64,000 bases of DNA from Eledone cirrhosa. Its lineage: Eukaryota. Shown here piece after piece: positions 26,435 to 39,300 of the stretch (position 1 is its first letter; each line of letters starts with the position of its first letter). The notes beneath the pieces are model-generated. The model worked only from the letters and a program-made list of their open reading frames with translations. It did not search any database and was not told the origin of the DNA. A program made the translations under genes and the position numbers. The DNA is taken from contig OZ024762.1 in NCBI GenBank assembly GCA_964016885.1, positions 5,518,001 through 5,582,000 on the forward strand, given 5' to 3'.

Positions 26435-26516
26435 ATGTTGGAGTTAAAACCTGTTGTTGATATCGGTCAAAACATTAAGAATTTCATCCAGTCTCGCCTG
26501 AAGAAGAAAGCAGAAC
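26435..26516 (+). CDS. GSAP: GSAP coding exon 1 MLELKPVVDIGQNIKNFIQSRLKKKAE
   Basis: ATG 26435, gtaagt donor; preceded by a candidate 5'UTR intron 26306-26417. Confidence 0.75.
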
Positions 26517-27046
26517 GTAAGTTCTTCCATGCAATGTTTATTCTGTCTATCTAATTATTATTAGTATTGTTGTTGTTATTAATGGCGTTTGTATTTTGAA
26601 AAGTTTTGACGGACTACACTGATTGTTATGTACCTACCTTCGTCTCTTTCTTTCTCTTTCGTTGTTTACCTGTAGAAGTGTGTCTATCTATGTACCTGTA
26701 TATCTATCTATCTACGTACCTACCTACCCACTTACCTATCTATCGATCTATGTATCTATCTACCTGTCTGTCTCTCTATGTATATTTAGCTGCTTCCTTG
26801 TACGTAATTGTCTTCCTCTGTGTATGTTTATGTATGTATGTATTTACGTACGTGTGTGTGTGTCTACCTACATATCTATATGTAGCTGGTTATTTATCTA
26901 TCAATACAGTTGTCCGCCGATATATATATATATAAGTTTTAATATAGATGAGATTCTACAGGACTAGAACTGTTTCATTCTTTAGAAATCATCAGATTCC
27001 TGATGATTTCTAAAGAATGAAACAGTTCTAGTCCTGTAGAATCTCA

Positions 27047-27139
<93 letters not shown>

Positions 27140-30100
27140 TTCACAGATGGGTGTCCCAGTATCCATGTTTATGTTATAGACCCGATTCCAGCCCCAATCT
27201 GTTCACGAAACTGGTTAATCAAGCAAAACCAAAATTTCATTTGATGGCATCCCATCCCAAACGATCTACACACACACACACATATATATATATAAATATA
27301 TATATATTTACCTTTACAACTATATATCAACATGTAGCAGTCTATCACCATACCTCTCTTCCTGTTTATATATGTAGCTATCTAATCTGTATATCGATAG
27401 CTACCCGTCTACCTATATGTCTATGTACTTGTCCACCTGCATATCTATATATAGTTGTTTATTTATCTATCAATAAATGTACCTGAATACCTGTAAGTTG
27501 TCTGTCTACGGAGCCCCTACGTCAAACTAATTTTAATAAAATATATTATTTATGATAGCTGAAGAAAAAGAAAAAAAATCAAATTGGAGCCCTTTAAAAA
27601 TTTCGGGTTCCTGGCTACAGTTCAATCAGCCCCGTCCCTTAATCCGCTACAAGATTGAGGTTCAGTCAGATCTTATGGGTTGATGTAAGGGGTTAGGGTT
27701 CAGTGTAACGGTTGATGCTGTCCTGTTGATCTACGATTTAGCGACAGCGATTTAATAGAGAATAATACGACATTCTGGACAGATTTTGCGGGCAAAATCA
27801 ACCAGCAGGAGACCCAGAGGTAGACCACAAGCAACATGGTTGGATAACATACATGAGCTCGGTTGGTCTCGTTTGGGATCCGGCGAAGAAGAATACTAAA
27901 ATTCAATACAATTTATGATATGTAAGCTATTTCACCGAGGTCAACTTTGCCTTTCATCCATTCGATATCCATGAAAAAAGTACCAGCCTAATACTGGAGT
28001 CGATTCTTTCTCACTTACATTACCTCACTCTTTATCCTTCTCTGGAAGAAATCTGCAGTATTCAGAATTGGTGAGGAGATGGGCTCCACTAGTTTTTAAA
28101 ATACCCCAAGAAACTCCGTATGTCAATATGGCACCGCTACGACACCACCGGTTGTTACAGGTCCATACTATATTATTTCAATCTATAATTTAGACTAATA
28201 TGAGAATAGTTATCCTGGGCTTAACAGACCAGAACAAACTTTCACGTTCGATCAGGGCAGACCTATTGATAAACACTATCTAGCTTTTGTTGACAGCGGG
28301 GCCATATCTTACTCGGTTTTTAGCACAGGCGGTCTGTATGTACATATAATATATTTTTGAAATCTAATTTTTTTTTACATTTTGGTCTCAGGAAATCGAT
28401 TCATCTAATGTAAGGGAGACAACTCTAACCTCTTCCGCTTCTATTCTTTTCCTGAGTTTTCACATGCATTATATCAGTAATGCACTGGATAATTGCTGGC
28501 CTTGTGCCTAAAGTAGAAACAATTATATATTAGAAAGAGTCGGAGTCCGACGGCTGAGCTCTCGCCTTTTCGACAGCTACTTCCATGCTGTTAACAGACT
28601 TACCGTAAACTGTCCATTTCACAATGTGTTCAGCTGTGGTGGAACCTCATCTAGCTACGCTTTGTAACTGACACTTGTAGACATGACAAGAAGAAGAATT
28701 GGTCTCACACTACAAGGGTCATTGGAACTTTTTTGAGGGTAACCAACATGCTGGCAGCATTACTGTAGGTGATGGTGAGGCTAAGGTGCTGAAACAACTA
28801 AGCACCCACATGGGCATTACCCTACACCTCGGTAAGGTGAGTTACTAACGATGTCAAGAACTTCGCTGTCAGTGGCCCAACTCCTCTAAACATCTCAAAC
28901 GCCACAGGCTGAATGAAATATCGAACATTTATTGTAAGGCACTCACTCCACCCTGTAAGGTGGGAGTACTGGTCCCACAATAAAAAGCACTCAGTTCACC
29001 CTGTAAGATGGTAGTGCTGGTGCCACAATAACAAGCACTCAGTCCACCCTGTAAGCTTGTTGAGCTAGTGGTACCACAATACAAAGGACCCAACCAACCC
29101 TATAAGTTTGGTAATCTTGTGGTACCATGATACTAAGCACCCAGTCCACCCTGTAGTGCTGGTGCCACAATAAAAAGCACCCAGCCCACCCTATAAGATG
29201 GTAGTGCTGGTGCCACAATAAAAAGCACCCAGCCCACCCTATAAGATGGTAGTGCTGGTGCCATAATAAAGAGCACCCAGCCCACTTTATAAGGTGGTAG
29301 TGCTGGTGCCACAATAAAAAGCACCCAGTCCACTCTGTAAGGTAGTAGGGCCGGGACAACAATAAAATACTTCCAGTATACGATGTTAAGTGTTTGGCAT
29401 TAGGGAGGGCCTCCAGATGTAGAAACCATACCCAAAACAGTACATATCAAGTAGACATAGTCTCTTGACCCTGTCTGGTCACTCACTGTGACAGTGACAG
29501 ACAGTATAACCCATGCAAGCATGGAAAATAAATGTTAAATGAGCTGTGGAAAACTGGATATTAATCGGTGATGATGAGGACATTTGACATTTGACATTTT
29601 AGGGGGTAATATTTGTTTGTGTTTTGATTGCCCTCTCATTTTAGTTGTTAATAACTTGATTTTGGTGTAGAGAAGGGGAGAGAGGTGGTGTAGTATGTGA
29701 GGGGACTGTATGTAGGGTACTGGTGTCAACGAACAGGGGGCTTGTGTGAGAGGGAGGGGGAACTGGTTTCAGCCCCCCCCCCCCCCCCCCTGGTGACACT
29801 GGTGTCAGGGAACCAGTGTTAGAAGGGCCTGGTGTCAGGGAGCCAGTGTCAGAAGGCTGCATGTGTCAGTTAAATTATATTGGTATTTTGGTGTCAAAAA
29901 TCTAGAATGACTGTAATCATGGAGTACATAGTAATTAGTGACTGGAAGTATGTCGTTAATTGATGGTTAATTGCTGGTTAGTTGCTGGTCAGTTGCTGGT
30001 CTTTCTCACTTCCTCTCTCTCTCTCTCTCTCTCTCCCTCCCCTGTTAGTTGCTGGTCTTTTTCTCTTCCTTTCCTCTCTCTCTTTCCTGTTAGTTGCTGG

Positions 30101-30140
30101 TCCCTCTCTCTCTCTTGCTCGCCCTTGTTAGTTGGTGGTC

Positions 30141-30190
<50 letters not shown>

Positions 30191-30333
30191 GTTAGTTGCT
30201 GCCCCCCCCCTCTCTCTCTCTCGTTAACTGCTGGATTAGAGAATCTCTGAAGTAGCTTGACAGTGAGACATTGTCTCTTGTAACATATACTGACAGAGAA
30301 TGTCATAAATTTACCTCCTGTGTGTGTCTGTTG

Positions 30334-30367
<34 letters not shown>

Positions 30368-33300
30368 CATTTACCTAATTTTATAAAATTCATATATACA
30401 CTCATTGCTTCAATCCTTTCCAATTAGTGTGTGTGTGTGTGTGCGTGGGAGGGATTGGCAGAATTGGTAGAGCGTTGGTTAACATTCTATGGCAGTATTT
30501 GTCCTGGTTCTATATATTCTGAGTTCAAATCCCACCAAAGTTAAACTTGTCTTTCACTATTTTGGGGTTGATAAAAATAAAGTACCAGTTAAATATTGGG
30601 GGACAGTCAATAAAAAGTGTACCAGTTAGGTACTGGGGTCAATTTAATCAATTTTGTCCTTCCTCACAAATTTGTTGGCCTAGTACCTACATTAGAAATA
30701 TATATTATATATAATATATCATCATCATCGATTAACGTCTATCTTCCATGCTAGCATGTGTTAATATATATTATATATAATACTAGCTGAATGACCCGGC
30801 GTTGCCCGGATTACTGCTGTTCTTATTCAGATTAGTAAACAATAAATATGAAGATATATTTTTTTTTTTCTCATAATTATTTCAAAATATCTATATTTTA
30901 TAAAATAATATCAAAATTGTAATAATAATAGAATTTAGAAATGAAAATCTGTCTATCTTGAAGCACCTCAAGGTAAACAATATTCATTGTGTAATTTTTT
31001 GTTCGTGCATAAGTAAAAGACAAACAGACAGAGAGACAATGAATTATATATATATATATATATATAGCGATTAAGATAAATACTATGTGTGTGTGTATAT
31101 ACGAGGTGTGTCAGAAAAGTTCCAGGACTGATGTCACAAAAGATTTATTTCAAACCCAAACTTCACATTAAGAGTTTTCTCCTTCAAAGTAATCCCCCTG
31201 GAGTCTAATGCACTTTTCCATCCTTTTCTGCCACGCTTGCATGCACTCCTGGAAGGATTCTTCCGGGATCCTCCGCAGTTCTGTCTTCACGGCCTTTTTG
31301 CTGTTGTCCAGGTCTTCAAAACGGGTCCCCTCCAGGTCGTACTCGAAGATCCATGACTCATCACCGGTGATGACTGTCCCTAGCAAGTCTGGTTCGGTTT
31401 CAAGACGCTCGAGGATGTCCTGGCACACTTGCATGCGTCGACCTTCTGGTCATCGTTCAGCAGTTTTGGCACCATCTTCGCACAGACTTTCCGCATGTCC
31501 AAATCTTCAGTGAGAATCTTCCAGACGCTGTCCCGTTTCATGCCCAGCTCATTTGCCATCAGTCGAACAGTCAGCCGACGATCGCTACGCACCATCTGCC
31601 TAACGCGCTCAACGTTGACCTCAGTCCTGGTTGTTGAGGGCCTTCCGCTCCTGGGGTCATCTTCCACGTCCTCGCGTCCTTCTTTAAACCTCTTGCACCA
31701 CTCAAAAACACGTGAGTGTGACATCGTCTCATCTCCATACACTTGCTGCAGCAATCCCAGTGCTTCTGACGGAGTTTTCAAGTTTGTTCGTTGCTCTGTG
31801 CTCATTGCTTGACGACCTGAAACAGGGGACATGTATATAAAATTATGAAGAAAAAAGTTTGATCGCTGCAGAGAGCTAAGATTACAGTTATATACTCCAG
31901 GGGGATTACTTTGAAGGAGAAAACTCTTAGTGTGAAGTTTGGGTTTGAAATAAATCTTTTGTGACATCAGTCCTGGAACTTTTCTGACACACCTCGTATG
32001 TATGTGTTGTACATTATGTGTTTGTATGTGTGTGTTGTATATTATCAATGTGTGTATGTATGTGTGTGTTATATATCAATGTCTGTGTGTATAATAAAGG
32101 GTGACAAGACCTGCAGAGCCTATAATTGTCCTCATCACTGATTTGTTTCACCAATGTCCTCTCGTTACATGAAGAAAACTGTGATTCTCTGCGTTTGATT
32201 AACGAAGAAAAAGATGGCAGTATTTTGTTCTCTTGGGAAGAGAAGGCAGCAGAAGAGGTAAGTACTGGCATTGATTGTCATCTCTCTCTGGGATGCTGGG
32301 ACTCTTAGGTGACAGTCACCCCTCTCCTCTACCCCCAGTAGTGCTAAGACACCAAGGTGACAGTCACCCCCTCTCCCCTACCCCCAGTAGGGCTGGGACA
32401 CCAAGGTGACAGTCACCCTCCTCCCCTACCCCCAGTAGTGCTGGGACACCAAGGTCACATTCCACCCTCTCCCCTACCCCCAGTAGGGCTGGGACACCAA
32501 GGTGACAGTCACCCCTTCTCCCCTACCCTCAGATGCTGGGACACCAAGGTGACAGTCACCCCCTCCCCTACCCCCAGTAGTGCTGGGACACCAAGGTCAC
32601 ATTCCCCCCTCTCTCCTACCCCCAGTAGGGCTGGGACACCAAGGTGACAGTCACCCTTCTCCCTTCCCTACCAGTGATTATCAGAAACCCAGGTCAAATT
32701 ACCTCCCCTTGTAATTCTAAGTTCCCTCTGTTCAATTTTCACCCAGTAATTCTTTTCACCCAGGTTTTCTACGGCTGGATGCCCTTCCTAACACCAACCA
32801 TGTTTACATTTTTGTAACTAAAATTGTTATCACAACTGCTTTGGTTTACTTTCTTACAATTGTAGGATCAAGCTAAAACTTACGTTGGATTGGCATGTCC
32901 AGATTCTAAAGACTACAGGGTGAGTTGTTATTTATTATTACTATTTTGTGTTGTTCCACATCCTTCAGTTTTGTTTCTATTTCATGCTGAGAGTCTTCCT
33001 GACATCTTGGGTAGAGAAATCCACTGGATACATTGATAAGCTACAAAAATAAACATACCGGATTGTTCACGTCACACACTTTACAGTTACAACTATACCA
33101 TTTGCTTTATACAGGTGAACATTATCTTTTATTATCATTATCATGGTGGTGGATTGGAAGGATTGGTAGAGCGCCAGGCAATGTGCTTTGCAGCATACAG
33201 TTACGGCCCTTTATGGGCTGAGTTCAAATCCCGCCGAGGTTAACTTTGTCTTTCATCCTTATGGGGTCAATAAAATAAAGTACCAGTGATGCACTGGGGT

Positions 33301-36300
33301 AATTGCTGGCCTTGTGTCCAAAATAGAAACAATTATCATCATCTTCACCACCACTACCATCATCACGGTCTTTACATCACTATTACATCACCATCACCAC
33401 AATCATCATACATATGTGTATATATATATATATATACACATATATATATAATGTAATTAGAGTGTAAATATATATATAATGTAATTAGATAGGACTAAAC
33501 ATAAGATAGGGAAAGCCACCTCATGGTACGACAACCAGAGATACCAGAGTGTCATGTTCGTGGACGCTACCCCTGGAGGGAAATTAGCTAACCAGTGTAG
33601 AAAGGCCCTTAGAAAGACCCACCTAAAGATTAAAGTGGTAGAAAAGCCAGGAACTACCATAAAATACCTGATCAGCAAAACATACCCTTTTAAGAAAACC
33701 CACTGTACTAATAGGAAATGTGTTATATGTAAAGTAAACCCCCGGATAAACTGTAAAACTAGAAATGTAGTCTATCGCATAAGATGTACAGAGGGTACTT
33801 GCAGAAACATGACAACAACATACATAGGCGAGACAGCTCGAAGCATAGGAGAAAGGATAGATCAACACTGGGGGAATTAAAAGGACGAAAAAACAGTCCA
33901 GTACTATACGAACACACCAGAGAACATGACGGTAACATAGACAACATAGAAATTAAAATAATATCTAAACATAGAAATGACCCAGCAGATAGGCAAATTA
34001 GAGAGGCAAGCGAAATAGAGCTTAGAAGGCCAAAGCTAAACAGAAAAAATGAATGGAATAACAACAACACCCAAACAAACAATACTGACTTAAGAAAAAT
34101 ATAAATAAATATATACACAATAACAACAAACACATATAAACACACACTAGTAAACTAAGATAGAATACAATAACCAAAACAGTCACCCAAACGTGAACAC
34201 ACACCAAACACTATACACACACGCAAACACATGCGCAGAGAAGAAGACAAAAATAAATAAATAAATAGACAGATAAAATAAAAATGGCATAGAAACACAA
34301 TACAACAGGAGGAACACAATAGTACCACTGATGATGTTGCAGATGTGCAACGAAAGAACTTTGTTAGACTATATATATGTGTTTATATCTATATTATAAC
34401 TGTATTTTTGACCGTTGGTTTATATATATTTGTTTATATATATTTGTTTATATATATTTATGTTTAGATATATTTGTTTATATATTTATATTTATATATT
34501 TATGTTTATATATTTATATTTATATATATTTATATTTATATATTTACATTCACACACACACATTCACATATATGCCTTACTTATGTCTGATCACTGTTAA
34601 TCAGTGCATCTCCCCCTCTCTCTAATAGTGTTTGTCTTTTTCTTTCCCCTCAACTATTTGTTTAAACCCTTTGTTTTCCCCTCCTCACATTTCCACATTT
34701 TTGTTAGTGTGGCTAAAGTTCTGAATACATATGTTTCACCCCCCCTCTCTCTCTCTATATATATATATATATGTAAATACAGACACACACAAACATACTC
34801 ACATAAGTATTCAGTGCCCGCTCCTCTCTTTCTCTCTCTCTCTCTCTATATATATAATTTAAAAAAAATAATATTTCAAGGTTGTCTGGGTTTTTGATAA
34901 AGTTGAATATGTTGCAAGCTGTTCCATCAATCAACACCACACACTTCTAGGTAAGGATTTGAATTTTCATTTGTTATCTGTGATTTATATTTACATCTGT
35001 TGTGGTAGTTGAGCCTAAGATTATGTCTCTTGATGCAGTCGAGATGAGAATTATATCTGCTGTGATAGTTGAGACTTGGTTTACATCTGTTGTCACTGTT
35101 GAGACAAGGTTTACATCTGTTGTCACTGTTGAGACAAGGTTTACATCTGTTGTCACAATTGAGACTGAGTTTATGTGTCTAGCCACAGTTGCGACTAGAT
35201 TTATGTGGTAGTTGGGCCTTGGCTTATGTTTGCGGTGGCAGTTGAGCCTACAATTATGCCTTGGCTATATAGTGTGCATATCTCGCTCACATCTCTTCTA
35301 TTAGATGGTCTATGACCAGCTATTCAATGATCAGTGCGTGGCTGGAGGACCAGAAACAACACTGACCCTTCAAGAGTAGAAGATATTGTTACCTACTGTT
35401 AACTTTAGCAGTCTGAATGTTGAAGGGTGTTGGAATATGTGAGGTAGAAAGACACTCAGTACTAGCTGGAGAAGCAAGAAATGAACCATATATAAAGAGT
35501 GATACTTGGTCTCTCGTCTCCAACATTTACATGTCCTGTCAGTGATCAAAACTGGACATCAAGGATTGAGATGTGTGTGTCTCTGTCTTTTTATATATGT
35601 GTGTTTATGTTGATGTTTGCATAAGTGTGTGTATTGTGTCTGTTTATGTGTGTGTGCGTGCGTGTGTTTGTTTATGTGTTTGTGTCTGTTTATGTGTATA
35701 TGTTTATGGGTGTGTGTTTTGTATATGTATGTGTGTGTGCGTTTAATGAGTTTTACATTTTCTTTTTCTTTTTTCTTTTTCACTTTCTGTGTCATGGGTT
35801 GGATGAGTCTAAAGTATTCTATATTTTTGTTTCTTTGAAGCTTTCACAATCCTTACCGAAATGGTTGATGAATTTGTTGGACAAAGTGAGTATTTTAATT
35901 TTATTTATGTTTTTTTCTTCTTGAAGCACAGCTAGCTCAACACAGTTAGCTCAACACAGCTAGCTCAACACAGTTAGCTCAACACAGCTAGCTCAACACA
36001 GTTAGATCAACACAGCTAGCTCAACACAGTTAGATCAACACAGCTAGCTCAACACAGTTAGCTCAACACAGCTAGCTCAACACAGTTAGATCAACACAGC
36101 TAGCTCAACACTGCTAGCTCAACACTGCTAGCTCAACATGACACTTCCCTTGACCTGTAGATGTTTAGGCTGATCACCACTCTCATCATCCACATCAGTC
36201 TTACCATCTCACTAGTCTCACCAAAAATATAATGAAGCAGAACACAGTAACTGTAGAATATGTGAAGATGGGGAAGAAGCAGTTAGCCATATTATCTCTG

Positions 36301-39300
36301 GCTGCCAAGAGAAAATACATCAACAGAAAGGGCAAAGTTGGGATTTACATACACTGGAAGTTATATCAACTTTATGAAATACAAACAGAAAAGACGTGGT
36401 ACAAACATATACCAAAAAAGGTATCAGAGAAGCTCAAAACAACAATATTTTGGGTTATGCCAATATACTGTTATAATGGTGTGACACACCTGTTTGTATA
36501 TCTGCATGAAATGAGGATAAAACCAAAGCATTTACCAGGTGTAATTTCGAATGACCAATGAGATCACTACGAGAGACTACATACACACAGTCTGCTGACA
36601 TTTCACTTCAATTATTATTTATAGACATTTCCACTTTTAGTTACGTGGGGCTATTCAGGGTTTTTTCCTTACAACATACACACAGACAGGGAGATCAAAG
36701 ATCAACCAACTTCTTCTTCTTTTCGTATCCTCGAAGCATGTGGTCATATGTCAGTTTCCCATTTCTTTACACAGTCCTTTGCATTATTATTAAATTCTGC
36801 GAGATCTTTTAAGCTGCACGGGTCGGGTAGTAGAGGGCAAACAGGGCAGTGCTGCATATAAACCCACTGAACATTCAGTGGGTTTATATGCCCCATTATT
36901 AGACTATATTATTAGTCAAGGCGGTGGCTTGGCAGTATCGGTAGAGGGTCAGACGCCATGCTTTGACGCATAGAGTTACGGCCCTTGCCATTCTCAGATC
37001 AAATCCCGCTGAGGTTAACTTTGCCTTTCATCCTTATAGGGTTTATAAAATAAAGTACCAGTAATGCACTGGGGCCGATTTAATCGACTTTCCCCTCTCC
37101 CAAAATTGCTGACCTTGTGCCTAAATCAGAAACCATTATTAGTAAAATATTATGGTAATACTTTACATTTCTATTTCAATTCCAAACTTCATTCGCTGCT
37201 TTCTAAACTTCTTTTAATTTAATTTGTTTTTTCATTTTCTGTCAATTTATTCCAGAGATCTATACAGCGTTCCTAGCCGAAATACTCACACCAAATCGTT
37301 TGTTTTCACTAAACATTGAAAGGGTCAATTTCTTGAAGGTACAGTTTTTACATTTGACCAATAAGACTGGTCAAGAAAGTGAGTTCTTTGACCGTGAGGC
37401 ATACATGCTGGTCTTTCTACACAAAGAATGTGAGTTACAATCCATTTCTGTTATATTTTCTCTATATGTCTGTATATACATATACATACATATATATATA
37501 AATATATATATGTATATATATATATATACATATACTGATAAGAAGATAGCATGTAAGTGTCACTACGAGTGACTATTAAATGAGGAGAATAAATGGGAAA
37601 AAGATAGTCTGCCCCAAATCGATCCAATAGAGGGACCAGCGGTGCAAGTTTATGGTAGTATAATAAGTAAGGCAATCAAAGATATGAAGTCAGGCAAGGC
37701 AGCTGGGCCTTCGGAGATAGTTGCTGAGATGTTGAAGGCATCTGGAATGGTGGGACATGCTATGGTCAAGCTTTATCAGTCTTTGCCTTTCTCTTGAACA
37801 ACGTCGGTGGTGTGGTGGTGGTGGTGGGGGTGGGGGTGGGGGTGGGGGTGGAGACTGGTATGCATGGTTGACTGCTGGTCTTCCACAAATACATCTTGCC
37901 CAGGTTTTTCCTCAGAAGGGAACTTTCTAGGTACAAATTCCTTGGGCATTCATAAGCAAAGGCAGCCTTAAGTACTTCATTGCCCTTCACCACTATAGCA
38001 CCATTTTCCTCAATTGTTTCTCTATTTCCAGCTATTGGTCTCTACCACATTCCATTAGCAAGAGCTGAAGATGCCATGGTAGGTTCCATTGTTATAATTT
38101 TATTATTATTTTTTCATTATTGAGTTTTTTTCTTTTTATTATTCAGCCATTTGTGTGATGTGTGCCCTAACTTACTTGAGCCCCTGGTATAGCACGGTTA
38201 CATAAGAGAGCAAAACAGGTCCCCAGTGTGGCCTGGCTTACTTGAGCCCCTGGTATAGTACAGTTACATAAGAGAGAAAAACAGCTTCCCAGTGTGGCGT
38301 GGCTTACTTGAGCCCCTGGTATAGTACAGTTACATAAGAGAGCAAAACAGGTCCCCGGTCTGGCGTGGCTTACTTGAGCCCCTGGTATAGTACAGTTACA
38401 TAAGAGAGCAAAACAGGTCCCCAGTGTGGCCTGGCTTACTTGAGCCCCTGGTATAGTACAGTTACATAAGAGAGAAAAACAGGTCCCCGGTCTGGCGTGG
38501 CTTACTTGAGCCCCTGGTATAGTACAGTTACATAAGAGAGAAAAACAGCTCCCCAGTCCATCTGAGAGATTAGTAGCTCCAATTGGGTACTAATTTGGCC
38601 AACACTGACCTGTCCAACCCTTACTAACAGGGGAATTGGATGTTAAATGATGATTTTTTATAATCCCCAACAAGAATAAAGGAATAGAATTAACAGTATA
38701 TTAATATAAATAGGAATGGACGTCTATCAGTTCCTACACTGTGTTGGAACAGATTGCCTGCCTGCAGCTATCATGCTTGCATACTGCCATGTCTACTCCT
38801 CATCCATGTCTGCACCATCTCTGCAATATACCTGTATCTCAGCCATCCCTGCACCCCAGCCATCCCTGCACCCCACCAGCCCTGCACCCAGCCATCCCTG
38901 CACCCCACCAGCCCTGCACCTCAGCCATCCCTGCACCCCACCAGCCCTGCATCCAGCCATCCCTGCACCTCACCAGCCCTGCACCCCACCAGCCCTGCAC
39001 CTCAGCCATCCCTGCACCCCACCAGCCCTGCATCCAGCCATCCCTGCACCTCACCAGCCCTGCACCCCACCAGCCCTGCACCTCACCAGCCCTGCACCCC
39101 ACCAGCCCTGCACCTCAGCCATCCCTGCACTTCACCAACCCTGCACCTCAGCCATCCCTGCACCCCACCAGCCCTGCATTCAGCCAGCCCTGCACCTCAC
39201 CAGCCCTGCACCCAGCCATCCCTGCACTTCAGCCATCCTGCACCCCAGCCATCCCTGCACCTCACCAGCCCTGCACCCAGCCATCCCTAGTATGATTGTT

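Noticed and set aside
32168-32175. AC-terminated (U12-like) acceptor for GSAP exon 2
   Set aside because: Upstream donor is ordinary GTAAGT and an in-frame AG exists at 32173-32174.
38171-38558. Regular repeats resembling a CRISPR array (also 7014-7400, 60476-61017)
   Set aside because: No unique spacers, no cas genes, eukaryotic intron context.
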